From IMG/VR virus record IMGVR_UViG_3300050119_000076, positions 537 to 64,536 of that record: a DNA stretch of 64,000 nt. The stretch is one strand, 5' to 3'. Source of the DNA: a virus (Duplodnaviria; Caudoviricetes). Under the pieces are notes generated by a model. It saw only the letters and a list, made by a program, of their open reading frames with translations. It made no database searches and was not told the DNA's origin. The translations under genes were made by a program, and so were the position numbers. This document shows positions 49,594 through 60,369 of this stretch, piece after piece. Numbering within the stretch: position 1 is the first letter of the stretch; every line of letters begins with the position of its first letter.

Positions 49594-51654
49594 TCACTCC
49601 GTAGAAGCAATGTTGAGGTTGGTGTTGTTGGACTGGCTCACGCTCTCCTGGCTCTCGCCGATATTAGAGGCCGTCTGCGAGGCGCTGTTGCTCGTCTGGT
49701 TGCTATTGATGAACTCCGTAACGTCGCTCCGGCTAACCTGCCAGCTAGACGAAGATCCGAAGTTGACGTTGTCCTGACGTGCGCGATGGCTTGCCCATGT
49801 AACGGAGCCGAGTGCCGATGCAGCGATTTGAGCCTCAACCTGCGCGCCTACCTTGGCAGCATCGGTCGCGATCGACTTGGCCGTCATATAAAGCTGCGCG
49901 TTCATATTGGCAGCCGAGACACCGACTTGCGTAGCCTGCAGCGCCTCATCTAGCGCAGCCTGCCACTCCTTGATAATCGCGTCGTTGTACGCACTGGTGC
50001 CGGAAACCTCCGACGCATAGATGCGCGCGGTTGCTTCATTCTGCGCGGCTATGGCCTGCACTTGTGCAGACTGACCAACGACCAGGGCTTTATAACCTTC
50101 GTACTCGGCCACGTAAGCATCAAGTTGCGCTTTGTAGACAGCGATATTTTCGTCGATCTCTTTGGCAACGGCCGTAACCTGCGTAGAGAAGACATCAGCC
50201 TGCGTCCCGAAGACCTGCTCCTTGACCTGCTCGCCTTGCAGCAGCGCCTTATAGGCTTCGACGTTCGCCGTATAGGCGTTGATCTGCGCGGCGTAGGCAG
50301 CCACTTCCTGCCCGAAAATTTGCACCTTGAGGCTCTCGACCTGTGCCTCGACCTGGATAATCTGGATCTCGCCCTTGAAGACCTCGATCGATGCCAGCGC
50401 AGCGTCGACCTCGACTTTGTACTGCTGGACCAAGGCCGTGTTCATTTGAACCTTGACCATCTCGGCTTCAAGCTCGGCGCGGTACGCTGCCACTAAAGCC
50501 ATCTGCCCCTGGATCTTTGCGTTGTAGATGTCGATCGTGGCACGATACACGGCGACCTGTGCTGTAAACGCTTGGATCTGCGCGTTGTAGATCGCGACAC
50601 CGGCATCGGTCATATACTTACATGTCTCGAAGCGGCGTTGCTCGGTCTGGTTGGCGTAGTCGATCAGCTTGCCCTCAAGCTGTGTCGCACTATCCAGCGC
50701 CATCTTGATATTATCTTGTTCAAGTTTGGCCTGAGCGACAGCAATATCTCGCGATGATCCAACCAACACAAAGGCCAGTTCAGTTTGGATCTTGATCTGC
50801 GCGTCAATAAACACACCGGGCGGGAAGGCGTAGCCCATCGTCTCCATGCGATCTAGTGCGGCGATTGCGTCGCCCGCCTGCTTCATTTCCCGCTCACGTT
50901 CACGATTCCAGATGTTCTCTTCGATCGCGGGCGGCAGGCCGGTGTTAGTTCCCGTGTTGCCAATGTCGAGACGCTGTAGCAGCGTCGCTTGCATCTCGCT
51001 AAGAAGAGCATCGGTGTACGGGGCGTTGGGGATATAGTCCACGATGCCAGGGGAGACAATCGTCAGTACCGGCGCTGTCGCGCTTAGCGTCGGCAGCGTC
51101 ACGCCGCCGAAGGCATAGGTCTGCAATGATAAGAGGCTAGGCGGCGCCGGGAGATCCACGCTGACCGTCGGGTACGTGAAGTTGGTATCGATCGCCGGCG
51201 CGCCAGGCTCCACTAAGAAAGGTTGCGGGGGCGCATTGGGAAAGTTGATCGTCGGAGGCGTCGCCGTGAACAGCGGGAACACGTCCGTGATCGCGAGCTG
51301 CGCGTTGAACGCCGCCGGAATAGGTGGCGCGCTCCACACAATAGGCTCGACAACTGGAGGCGCCGGTACGGTGACGGCAGGCCCTAGGGTGTTGATCGGG
51401 TAAACTGGCGTGATGACTGGCGGCACAAGAGATAAGGCCAGCGTCCCAAGCTGCTGAATGTAGCTGTCCGCGGTAGCAGCATGATCTTCGGCAAAAGTAG
51501 TGACGTCCTGCGCGCCGATGAAATCTTGTTCAATCGGCAGGATGACTGGCGGCGACGGCGGTAGCGGCGGCACTGGTACGGGAGACGACGGAGTCGTCGG
51601 CTTCAGCGGCGGCACTGCTGTCGGTGGCGGGACGGGGATATAGAGATCGACCAT
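49594..51654 (-). CDS. Virion structural protein (Pro-rich N-terminus, long coiled coil)
   Basis: GYAFPPG; heptad YxAQI repeats. Confidence 0.6.
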   Translation of the reverse strand: MVDLYIPVPPPTAVPPLKPTTPSSPVPVPPLPPSPPVILPIEQDFIGAQDVTTFAEDHAATADSYIQQLGTLALSLVPPVITPVYPINTLGPAVTVPAPPVVEPIVWSAPPIPAAFNAQLAITDVFPLFTATPPTINFPNAPPQPFLVEPGAPAIDTNFTYPTVSVDLPAPPSLLSLQTYAFGGVTLPTLSATAPVLTIVSPGIVDYIPNAPYTDALLSEMQATLLQRLDIGNTGTNTGLPPAIEENIWNREREREMKQAGDAIAALDRMETMGYAFPPGVFIDAQIKIQTELAFVLVGSSRDIAVAQAKLEQDNIKMALDSATQLEGKLIDYANQTEQRRFETCKYMTDAGVAIYNAQIQAFTAQVAVYRATIDIYNAKIQGQMALVAAYRAELEAEMVKVQMNTALVQQYKVEVDAALASIEVFKGEIQIIQVEAQVESLKVQIFGQEVAAYAAQINAYTANVEAYKALLQGEQVKEQVFGTQADVFSTQVTAVAKEIDENIAVYKAQLDAYVAEYEGYKALVVGQSAQVQAIAAQNEATARIYASEVSGTSAYNDAIIKEWQAALDEALQATQVGVSAANMNAQLYMTAKSIATDAAKVGAQVEAQIAASALGSVTWASHRARQDNVNFGSSSSWQVSRSDVTEFINSNQTSNSASQTASNIGESQESVSQSNNTNLNIASTE

Positions 51655-51698
51655 TGGCGCTCCTCAACAGAGCACCGTATCTCAATTAAGTCACAGCT

Positions 51699-51935
51699 TC
51701 AAGCGGCGTGGAGATCCGCCTTCTGCAGCATAGCGATAAGATGCACAGTCGTCAGACCACACTCGACTAGAATGTCTTCGACGTGGCCGAATGTCAGTGT
51801 GTTCTTATGCGCATCCCATTCACTCTGGAGCAGCCGAACCGCTGCATCATAGATGGGCTTGCGAACATCTGCGTCATGGCGCTTGGAGATAATAAGAACT
51901 TCGCGAAAGACGCCCGATACATCGAGATGACTCAT
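51699..51935 (-). CDS. Hypothetical protein
   Basis: AGGAG RBS. Confidence 0.45.
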   Translation of the reverse strand: MSHLDVSGVFREVLIISKRHDADVRKPIYDAAVRLLQSEWDAHKNTLTFGHVEDILVECGLTTVHLIAMLQKADLHAA

Positions 51936-51947
51936 GGCGCCCTCCTA

Positions 51948-54362
51948 TCATGTTACCGCCGCTGGCGGTTTAACCGTCACATTGCAGATCCCTTGGGCTA
52001 CACCATATGGGATGTCCATGAACAGCGCACGAATATCCGTGGGCTGGCAGCGCAAAGCTTTCGTCAACGCAGGCATAAAGTCTACGCCGTCCAGATAGAG
52101 ATAGGGCGTCTTGTCTACATAGAAACCCTGCGCATAATGCATACCGTTGGAGACGTGCAGCCAGGGATCGAAACTGCTCGCCGTCGTGCCAGTAAAGATA
52201 CCATAAGGTGTGTGAATTTCAAGCGCCGTAACGACTTCGCTATAGTTGAGTGTCGACACGCTGTAGAAATCTGGATCGCTGCCTAATGCGCCGGTCGGAA
52301 CTTGCGACAAGCTCGGTGGAAATGGATGTAGATTTACGGCTACGAGATATGTAGCGCTTAAATCAAGCTCGCCGGAGAAGTCGAAAATCTTGAGTGTTTC
52401 GTCGGCGCTTAGAGTGCCGTTAATCTCGTCGACATTAGAGTACGTGTAGATTAGTGGGCAGCCCGGCAACTCCTCGGTGGCGCCGTTATAGCTCGTCCCG
52501 CTTACCGTGCCGCTCGTGTGCAGCACAGGCGCGATGTCAGGTACACTTGTGATGCCGGGGAAGTCCGACACAGGTGCGGTGGCGAAGCCGTTGAAGTAAC
52601 TGCCGGACGGAAGCCAACTAGCGGCTCCGCTATAAACCCCCGCGGGCGTCGGAATATGGCTAGGATTCTCGCCGTTCGACACATCCCACCACGCCGCCAG
52701 ATCAATAAGAGGACCACCCTCGCCGTCGGACGTAATATCTTGTGGCGCGGTTTCGCCAACACCGGTCCCGCTATCGTACATATCGTTGGTGCCGAACACG
52801 AGCCAGTTACTATTTACCGGGTTCGGAGATGCCCAATCGGCTGCATCCGCCAGCCACGCTGCGACGGTTGACCAATTCTCCGCGAGGGCCGGAGCAGAGG
52901 CCGTGACGATCGGAGCTACGAAAGTCTCAAGGACCACGAGAGAAACAGGGACCATCGCTGCTGGCAGACTGTCCTGCGACTGACCTGGTGTCGGAATCTG
53001 ATATTGCGGCCAAGGAAGCTGACCGCCGATGTCTCCTCCCGTGCCGGGCGCCAACACATATGTCTGCTTCCAATCTAAGTACCATAGACCGACATAAGCT
53101 GTCGTGTTGGTGGGCAACGATGGCGCGCCATTTGCTGGGCTGGTGGCGACGGTTCCGAATCCAACATTATTCTGAACTGTCTGTAGTTGTGGGGTCGTAA
53201 CCGGAGGAGTCCCGCCAAGGACCGGGATCACGTACATATCAAATGCGGCGCTACTGCCGTCGGAACTATAAAGCTCTTTCACACACGCTTCCGGGTATGT
53301 GTAGATTATTTCTTGAGGCGCGGCCGCTGGCCCGGTCGGAGTAAGGCTGTTTTCCAACGTCGCAATCGCATCCGGTGCAGTCGACGCGGGCGGGACCGCC
53401 TCGGCGTTGCCGTACTGAATGCCGTAGAAGTTCTTGAACGGGGATGTATGTGGCAGCGTCGGCGCAGCCTGGGGATATGTAATCGGGTCCAGGCCGACAG
53501 TGATAAGCGCCGGCGACGGCACCCACGACGGCGCGTAATAATAATCGCCGTCCGGTGAGATACAGTAAGGCATCAACGATGTGAGGTCTGGCTCCAGCAC
53601 ATTAAGGCCGCCAGGGCCTGTGCGCGTGATCGTGCCGCTGATGTCGAACACATCGAGCGCCGTCCATATCGTGCTTTCTTTGCCGTTCATGATCGGCACA
53701 TGAGCCTGTTCGGTCGCGGTGGTGCTACCGCCAGCCAGGGGAGTGGAGTAGAGCACAAGCGTCGTCGCGGCCTCACCACCGGACGTAAAGTTGATGGGTG
53801 TCAGGATCGCCTCGATCGGTCCAAAGGCTTCCTGGTGGACCCGGATATGCTGCCCGCCCCAGGTTGTGGTTTTTATGCCGGCACAAAATAGGTTGGGGAG
53901 CGGCTCGAAGAAGTTATTAGGGTCCAGGGGCGGCGATAGCGACTGTGGGTTGAGTGTTGCCATGTCGAACACGGCAAAGTCGCAATCCCCGTCAGGGCCA
54001 TTGTAGAGGACCAGGAGGCATGTCACCGGTATGGGGGGTGACAGTAGCGGGGGCCTCACGCCAGGCACCTGGGCGACGCGCTGACGGGGCTGTGCGGGCT
54101 GTGGCGTGGTTAACGTCTTCGGGGGATGCGCCGTCAGGGTGATTATTTCATTTCCGAACTGATTTTGGTAGCGGATATCCAGGCCGGGAGACAGAAGCTC
54201 GGCAGTATGGATCTGGACGATGCTGAGCGAATACGCCTGCCGCTGGCGCGCGACGAACCAGTTAATTAGGCCGCGGCTGGCTTCCACCAGGGCAATAGCG
54301 CCGGGGCCAATGCCGTCCATACGGTAGGATGCGGGAGTTTTGTACCGGTCATCGTCGTCCAT
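51948..54362 (-). CDS. Putative tail/virion protein
   Basis: 804 aa, P/T/G-rich, in tail cluster. Confidence 0.55.
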   Translation of the reverse strand: MDDDDRYKTPASYRMDGIGPGAIALVEASRGLINWFVARQRQAYSLSIVQIHTAELLSPGLDIRYQNQFGNEIITLTAHPPKTLTTPQPAQPRQRVAQVPGVRPPLLSPPIPVTCLLVLYNGPDGDCDFAVFDMATLNPQSLSPPLDPNNFFEPLPNLFCAGIKTTTWGGQHIRVHQEAFGPIEAILTPINFTSGGEAATTLVLYSTPLAGGSTTATEQAHVPIMNGKESTIWTALDVFDISGTITRTGPGGLNVLEPDLTSLMPYCISPDGDYYYAPSWVPSPALITVGLDPITYPQAAPTLPHTSPFKNFYGIQYGNAEAVPPASTAPDAIATLENSLTPTGPAAAPQEIIYTYPEACVKELYSSDGSSAAFDMYVIPVLGGTPPVTTPQLQTVQNNVGFGTVATSPANGAPSLPTNTTAYVGLWYLDWKQTYVLAPGTGGDIGGQLPWPQYQIPTPGQSQDSLPAAMVPVSLVVLETFVAPIVTASAPALAENWSTVAAWLADAADWASPNPVNSNWLVFGTNDMYDSGTGVGETAPQDITSDGEGGPLIDLAAWWDVSNGENPSHIPTPAGVYSGAASWLPSGSYFNGFATAPVSDFPGITSVPDIAPVLHTSGTVSGTSYNGATEELPGCPLIYTYSNVDEINGTLSADETLKIFDFSGELDLSATYLVAVNLHPFPPSLSQVPTGALGSDPDFYSVSTLNYSEVVTALEIHTPYGIFTGTTASSFDPWLHVSNGMHYAQGFYVDKTPYLYLDGVDFMPALTKALRCQPTDIRALFMDIPYGVAQGICNVTVKPPAAVT

Positions 54363-54477
54363 CAGCGATCTCTTAATATCCCTAGATCGCGAAGTAACTG
54401 CTTACCGACAAACCACCACGGCTGCCGCAGACAGATACTTGAATGAGCACGATAGAATCGTCTTTTAAGCCACTTCA

Positions 54478-55731
54478 TCATACTCTCCGTGTGCTGCTGA
54501 TCGGCAGGAACTCGATGCTGTCCAGGTCAAAATTCTGGCCCACGCTCGTCAGCTCCCAAGTGAAGTAGCGAGAGCGCAGCCCTTTACCTATATCGACGCG
54601 GGCTGTGCGAAGTGAATGTGTACGAATTTTATAGACATATTCCTTCTCGTCGCCGGAACACAGCTTCAGGAAGAAGTCACCTTTGCCACGAAGGCCGAGG
54701 TAAGCGGCTTTAAAGGATGTAAGGTAGGAGCCGGAAAGCTGTAGCAATCCGCCCATGAGGTCTGTAATGATCGGCTTTCCAGCGTCACTCCCACCAGAAA
54801 GCTCAAAGAGCCCACTAGAATTAGCACCAAGATAGACATCCCCAAGTTTCGCGAATGAGTTGAATTCATAATTTGTGTACTCCGTGACGGCGCCCGTGCG
54901 GCTGTTCATGGCCCAGGCGGTGAAGCCCCCGCCGGGGGACATATACGCGATGCTGCATTTGAGGGTATCTTGCAAGGCGAGATTGTAGATCGCCAGCAGT
55001 GAGTTTGAGTCGCTGAAAATGGCGTTCTCGTCCATCACCATTGTGACGATAAGCTGGTCGGCGAACGCGTCACTTAAAGACATCGTGTCACTTTGCAAAA
55101 CACCGGCGCAATAAACCGGAGTCAGCGTGTCGGAGAACATCGCCGTGTCGGTCCAGTTGCCCCCCAGGAACCAGGCCAATGCCTCGTTAAGCGCAAGGAA
55201 CTCCGTCATGGACTGTGAATAATTGTAGCTAGCTAGGGACGTATCGACCAGTCCGAGCTGCTCCAGCACGACTAGTCCCTGCACCACCGACATGAACATG
55301 GAGAACGTGAGGGTGTCTTGGAGCTTCGCCGTTGTCGATAGACCGAAGAAGTCTTCAAGAACGGCCTGCTCGCGCTGCGTAAAGTTGTAAACGCCGAGCG
55401 TAGTCATCGTCGGCGTGATCGTCAGCAATTCATTGATAAGTCCCGACGGCCGCCAGAGCAGCGCCTGTACCGCGGTCAGGGTGATCGTATCGACAATCGC
55501 GCACGGCGAGCCAAAGACCGGGCTCCAGCCCCATTGATCGGACGGCGACACGCCTAACGTAAGCTCTTCGGCGAGCGACACATAAGCTGTCCAGGCGGCG
55601 GTGAGGGTGTCCGAGAAATCAACGGTCTCAGTAAGAGCTAGTGGAAAGATCGCCGAGGTATAGACGAGCGCAGCGTTGCCGCCGCCCACTGTGAAATGGC
55701 CCGAGGTAGCCGCGAGGACGTGATTAGTCAC
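54478..55731 (-). CDS. Tail structural protein
   Basis: WAMNSRTGAVTEYTNYEFNSFA...RVDIGKGLRSRYF...SRRV-type C-terminus. Confidence 0.65.
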   Translation of the reverse strand: MTNHVLAATSGHFTVGGGNAALVYTSAIFPLALTETVDFSDTLTAAWTAYVSLAEELTLGVSPSDQWGWSPVFGSPCAIVDTITLTAVQALLWRPSGLINELLTITPTMTTLGVYNFTQREQAVLEDFFGLSTTAKLQDTLTFSMFMSVVQGLVVLEQLGLVDTSLASYNYSQSMTEFLALNEALAWFLGGNWTDTAMFSDTLTPVYCAGVLQSDTMSLSDAFADQLIVTMVMDENAIFSDSNSLLAIYNLALQDTLKCSIAYMSPGGGFTAWAMNSRTGAVTEYTNYEFNSFAKLGDVYLGANSSGLFELSGGSDAGKPIITDLMGGLLQLSGSYLTSFKAAYLGLRGKGDFFLKLCSGDEKEYVYKIRTHSLRTARVDIGKGLRSRYFTWELTSVGQNFDLDSIEFLPISSTRRV

Positions 55732-55766
55732 GGCTTAAAATCCGGGATCTGTGTCTACGGCACTCA

Positions 55767-56303
55767 TTAACCTGCAGCCGCGGCGGTATAAGTGAGCAGC
55801 AACTGATCGCCTACACCCACCGACTTCGGCGTGCTGAACTGCGCAGCCGAAAACAAAATGCCTGACGTTGAACTCTTCGTCGAGGCCGACGACAAGAACG
55901 CACCGTAGATCGTCAATATAGAGGTAAATACGAAGACTGCCGGCGAAGCGGAATTTGTGGCCTGCTGACCACTCTCGACACCCGCAAAGGGGACACGAGT
56001 CACAGCCGAGTAAGCCGTTGCTTCGGTCGCATTACCAGGAATCGAAGCAGCAGTGTCCGTCGCAACGGGTACATAGTTGCCCGTAAAAGGCGCCAGATAC
56101 CACGAGCTGATCTGCGAGACGCCGGTAAATTCAACGCCAAGAATGTGATCGAGGCCCTGATTGACGATAAGGTTGTCCGCCTCGAACTCGTCTATCACTT
56201 TGCCGGCGCGAACGATCTTGCCCGAATAGCGCCCCTCAAGCCGCAATAACTGCTTCGGCACTAGAATGCCCCGCTCCAGGCGGTATCCATCATTGCCTTC
56301 CAT
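55767..56303 (-). CDS. Tail/virion structural protein
   Basis: NLIVNQGLDHIL...TIYGAFL...GILFSAAQF. Confidence 0.65.
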   Translation of the reverse strand: MEGNDGYRLERGILVPKQLLRLEGRYSGKIVRAGKVIDEFEADNLIVNQGLDHILGVEFTGVSQISSWYLAPFTGNYVPVATDTAASIPGNATEATAYSAVTRVPFAGVESGQQATNSASPAVFVFTSILTIYGAFLSSASTKSSTSGILFSAAQFSTPKSVGVGDQLLLTYTAAAAG

Positions 56304-56416
56304 AGCGCGCTCCTTACGGCATATCCCCAGGGCGTAGCGTCGTCGCTATGCCTGCAAAAACTGTGATCAAGATAAGCACGATAAGGGCCGCAACGCCGAT
56401 ACCGGCTAGAATGTGC

Positions 56417-57547
56417 TCAACCGTCATTCCTATTAGCACGGATTATCTCCGCGTCAAAGCGATCCGTAAACCGGGCGGTCGCCGTAACCGGCGTGCCCCC
56501 CGAGTTAAGAGCCTGAACTATCGTGTGCATCCCGTCCTGGTGACGAAACAGCGTGGCCGACCGCGTAGCGTTCGGAAATAAGAACCTATCGTGGGTCATG
56601 CGAAAGGTCTGGCCGCCGGGCATACCGAGCACGATTCCTTCGGTCGTCAGGCAGACCATACACCGAGCATTGCGATAGGGGATGTCGGGAAACCGTCGCG
56701 CCTCCGGGTCGATCTCCGCGGATGGCACGGTTATCATAGAGCCCGGCACTACACCGGCGTCTTCTCGAATCGTGCGTTCCTGCTTTTCGTCAAAGGCGCC
56801 CGACAAGAAGTAAAGCTTTGCCGCGGTGCCAACATAGATGCCGTCCTCGACCATCCCAAGAGCGGTGATATCCTCTTCAAAGTGCCGATAGCCCTTAGTC
56901 TTGTCGACATAGTCATAAAGGAAAAGCTCTGTCGCCCATAGCGTGCGCTGGCCAGCGAGGTATATGCGACCGTTGAACCAAGTGAGCGCGGTTGCGAAAG
57001 GAGCTGGCCCAAGGAGTCGACCGCCGACCGATCCAAGGGTAGGCTCGGGGTTGACAACTGGCGAGAACCAAAAGTCTGCATTGGGGGGGTCCGATGTGGT
57101 TGTAGCCGGGGTGTAGGAGGGTGAAATGATGCGTCCCCAAGGCGACACTATGTTCGTCTTCAGATCAATTTTCCCCGAAACGCTGATCGAGCTGTAATAG
57201 AGTGTACGCCCAACCTGCACATAAGCCAGAGGCGCGCGAGGAATACCAGTCACCAGCGGCATGAAGGTAAAGTCGGGGTTGATACGCCCTAGCGTGCCAT
57301 TCATAACCACCAGCACCTTATTGCCGTTGGTCGTGAAGAGCGAGTGGAAGACGCCTATTAGCCTCTGTGTATAACCGCGGCGACGGTGAGCTTCTCCCAA
57401 GTCATCTATATCTATGTTCTCCGCGCGCTGCAGCTCGGCGTTCGATAGGCGCTCAGGAGCAACGGTGTTCTTCAGACCAGTGAACTTGTCAAACCGAACA
57501 GGTGGGTCCGGCGGTTCTTGGGGAGGCGGTGCTTGCTGGGCCATCAT
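56417..57547 (-). CDS. Tail structural protein
   Basis: FTGLKN...AENIDID.....RRRGY...GIYVGT...YFLSG; start coupled to upstream stop. Confidence 0.65.
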   Translation of the reverse strand: MMAQQAPPPQEPPDPPVRFDKFTGLKNTVAPERLSNAELQRAENIDIDDLGEAHRRRGYTQRLIGVFHSLFTTNGNKVLVVMNGTLGRINPDFTFMPLVTGIPRAPLAYVQVGRTLYYSSISVSGKIDLKTNIVSPWGRIISPSYTPATTTSDPPNADFWFSPVVNPEPTLGSVGGRLLGPAPFATALTWFNGRIYLAGQRTLWATELFLYDYVDKTKGYRHFEEDITALGMVEDGIYVGTAAKLYFLSGAFDEKQERTIREDAGVVPGSMITVPSAEIDPEARRFPDIPYRNARCMVCLTTEGIVLGMPGGQTFRMTHDRFLFPNATRSATLFRHQDGMHTIVQALNSGGTPVTATARFTDRFDAEIIRANRNDG

Positions 57548-58866
57548 CAAAGCTCCGCACTCGCCATGTAGTGGAGGGATGCCGTGATATCGCTGTGCCA
57601 GTAAAAATCGAACCCATCTGTAGCGATGTTCAAGACCCCGCCACCACTTCCGAATGCCAAATCGTCTGACCAAGTGCCGGTGATGAACTCAGATATCTTG
57701 TTTACGTTACCTGCGCCATCCCAAATTGAGATTGATGCTGGGGCAGCTCGCATCGGCGCATGGAATTGAACGCCGAACAATGGATAATATACAGCTCCGC
57801 CTTGGTAAGAATATCCAACTCCGGATCGCAGCCCCGATCTCGTTGCTGTGCCTGGAGGAACACTGTTTCCATAAGAGCTGTCAAAGTACCGCTGACAAAA
57901 GGTCAGCTCAGTGTGAATCGGCCGGCCCTCGACACGCGGCGGTGCATAGTTAAGTCCAGTCGGCACACCGGGCGTAGCGCGGCCATCGGCTTGTCCGATA
58001 TCTACATAACCAGAAGTTAACGCGCCAAGCGAGAGCTTGATCTGATAACCCAAAGCGAGATGCGCCCCGGAGATCGACGGCAAGAAAGTGTACGCGACTC
58101 TCGTTAGTGTGGCGTTCGGACACACCTGCAGATTGGTCGCGGCGAGATCAGCATCCACCGTCGCGAAGTTATCTTGCGCGGACGCGTACCCGCAGGTCAG
58201 CGTCGGCGTGATCGAGGCACCTGAATTATTATAGATAAGGAACTGCACCGTGATCGGCTGAACCGCAAGCGCGTCAGTAAGCAGGTCCGCCGCAATGTAG
58301 CTCTCAATACGCTGGATAAGCGTGTTCTGCGAGTTAGACGTGACACCGGTGATGCGAAGGGCGTTGCCCTTCATGTTCTGGCAATACTCTTGCGTCCAGG
58401 TGGTCGTGGCTCCCGTGGGGGTAAAGATCCAGCCATCCAGAGAATAGGTCGGCGTTGCCGTGGCGATATTTGCCGTCGTGCCGCGCTGAGCGATGTCGAA
58501 AACTGGATTGCGAAACTTGTTAAGATAACCAACCGAGAGACCAGCAATGTCCTGAACACCGATCGAGACGCTCACCAGTGCGGCCACGGTCAGCGTTGCC
58601 GCGGTCGCGGCGCCGGCCGAGGACTCAATGACCTGTGTTCGCGTCAGCGTCCAAACACCGGCCGCGAGCGTGAACGCGCCGTAACCAAACTCCCACGCGC
58701 CGTCGACGTCATCCACTTCATATGGCAAAATTGCACCCGAGGCTGGTTCTGCGGTCGAGCTGGACAGTCCTTGATAGCCGGCTGCTGATGGACCAAGCGT
58801 AATCGCTCCGGTGCCGGGCGTGCCAGTGACGCTGTGACGGATGCGGTTTGGGAAAGGTAGGATCAT
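57547..58866 (-). CDS. Tail fibre/receptor-binding protein
   Basis: TGTPGTGAITLG...WEFGYG N-terminus; NPVFDIAQRGT; ELTFCQRYF; MRAAP; ASAEL end. Confidence 0.7.
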   Translation of the reverse strand: MILPFPNRIRHSVTGTPGTGAITLGPSAAGYQGLSSSTAEPASGAILPYEVDDVDGAWEFGYGAFTLAAGVWTLTRTQVIESSAGAATAATLTVAALVSVSIGVQDIAGLSVGYLNKFRNPVFDIAQRGTTANIATATPTYSLDGWIFTPTGATTTWTQEYCQNMKGNALRITGVTSNSQNTLIQRIESYIAADLLTDALAVQPITVQFLIYNNSGASITPTLTCGYASAQDNFATVDADLAATNLQVCPNATLTRVAYTFLPSISGAHLALGYQIKLSLGALTSGYVDIGQADGRATPGVPTGLNYAPPRVEGRPIHTELTFCQRYFDSSYGNSVPPGTATRSGLRSGVGYSYQGGAVYYPLFGVQFHAPMRAAPASISIWDGAGNVNKISEFITGTWSDDLAFGSGGGVLNIATDGFDFYWHSDITASLHYMASAEL

Positions 58867-58867
58867 T

Positions 58868-59284
58868 TTACTTTCCGAGCCAATGGGCGCCGCTTAGATA
58901 GATGACGAGAATCGTAACGACCGCAACAACGACACCCCAGGCGGTTCCAACTAGACCAGTATGTGCGATGCGCGTCGAGGTGACATTTGTTTTCCAATTA
59001 TCCAAATCATCGACACGCTTAGCCAATTCCCCAACTTCGCGTTCAGTCTTCTCCATCAGAGCGATGAGGTTCTTCATATTGACATTGATCGTGACGAGCA
59101 GGTCATGATCGATATTAGCACGTTCGCGAGCTTCTGTAATTAGAGCTGACGCAACTTTCGTAGCCTCTGCGCCGACGGCCGCGGCGGTAGCAGCAGCCGT
59201 GGCGGCGACACCCGCCGCGGTGGCAGCAGCCGTAGCTGCAGCAGTGGCAGCAGCGGAGCGGATTTCGTCATCTACATCGGCCAT
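58868..59284 (-). CDS. Coiled-coil protein with C-terminal TM (lysis region)
   Basis: Ala tract, HDLLVTI, terminal TM. Confidence 0.6.
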   Translation of the reverse strand: MADVDDEIRSAAATAAATAAATAAGVAATAAATAAAVGAEATKVASALITEARERANIDHDLLVTINVNMKNLIALMEKTEREVGELAKRVDDLDNWKTNVTSTRIAHTGLVGTAWGVVVAVVTILVIYLSGAHWLGK

Positions 59285-59538
59285 CAGCGTTTTCCAAGAG
59301 TGGAGTGGATCGTGACGAGCAGGTCATGGTTGACCTTTTCGTGTTCGCGAGCTTCGTCTAGAAGAACCTTCGCAACTTTCGTAGCCTCTTCAGCGACAGC
59401 CGTAGCAGTGTCCGTAGCCGTATTAGCAACAGCAGCAGCAGTCGCAGTCGCAGCCGCAGCCGCAGCAGTCGCAGCCGCAACATCCGCGGCGGCGGCAGCG
59501 ACACCCACGGCTGCAATCTCAGCGGCGGTCTTAGCCAT
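59284..59538 (-). CDS. Truncated paralogue of 58868-59284
   Basis: EATKVA...EARE...HDLLVTI shared; GGAG RBS. Confidence 0.5.
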   Translation of the reverse strand: MAKTAAEIAAVGVAAAAADVAAATAAAAAATATAAAVANTATDTATAVAEEATKVAKVLLDEAREHEKVNHDLLVTIHSTLGKR

Positions 59539-59953
59539 TATTTCGTCTCCCCAACAAGCCAGCGATCGAGGTAACAATCGGCATGGCGGGGGCGAGTATA
59601 AAGAAGCTCAAGGCGATATTCAACTCCGCGCCGGCGTAACCACCTGGCAGAGCAGGCACATGCCAGCCAAAACGGAAAGTGCTGTCGAGAAACACAGCGT
59701 TCCAATGCAGTGCAGCCGGCAGGCCGAACAAATAAATCATCAGGTGCGCGCCCCACCAAGCGTTCGCGGCTATCTTGGAATTGTTCATCACGCCAATGGC
59801 TTGCGCGTAGGCGATATATTCCGCCTGCTCCGCGCCGGTCAACGCAGCAAATTCCTGGCCTTTGACCACATTAGCGGATGTGAAGAAGCCCATGATTGGC
59901 GAAAGAATCGCACCGATGCCACCGCTGAATAGGGAGCCTAGTAGCCCGAACAT
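59531..59953 (-). CDS. Putative holin-like membrane protein
   Basis: Multiple TMs, in lysis cluster. Confidence 0.5.
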   Translation of the reverse strand: MFGLLGSLFSGGIGAILSPIMGFFTSANVVKGQEFAALTGAEQAEYIAYAQAIGVMNNSKIAANAWWGAHLMIYLFGLPAALHWNAVFLDSTFRFGWHVPALPGGYAGAELNIALSFFILAPAMPIVTSIAGLLGRRNNG

Positions 59954-60369
59954 CAGTGCTGCTCCTCAGGCGGGATTGGCGACGCCTGTGCGGCTCGGTA
60001 TAACCCATGAGCGTGTGTCAGCGGGATCAAGAGTGTGCAGACAATGGTAATCATATCAGCCGTGCGCGGGGAGAAGACCCCACTCCACGGAAGGCCGCCG
60101 ATCATCGGCAGGTATGGCGCCATAAGGCTAAGGGCCTGCGCGCCAACAGCGACCCAAGCGAGGATGATCGTCTTCCAGCCGAAAAGTTTGACTTGAGTCC
60201 AGTGCCACCACGGGGCAGCGCAAAGCAGCAGGTCCTTACCAAGAACCTGCGCGGTGAGTTTCATGTAATGTTTGATGACTAGGAAGTAGGCGACAAGCGC
60301 CGTTGAACCGGCGGCTATAAGCCACCAGCCCAACCACACTTCTTGCAGGGCAAGCCAGAGCTTGCTCAC
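59953..60369 (-). CDS. Membrane protein (lysis cluster)
   Basis: Three TMs; GWKTII motif. Confidence 0.5.
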   Translation of the reverse strand: MSKLWLALQEVWLGWWLIAAGSTALVAYFLVIKHYMKLTAQVLGKDLLLCAAPWWHWTQVKLFGWKTIILAWVAVGAQALSLMAPYLPMIGGLPWSGVFSPRTADMITIVCTLLIPLTHAHGLYRAAQASPIPPEEQH

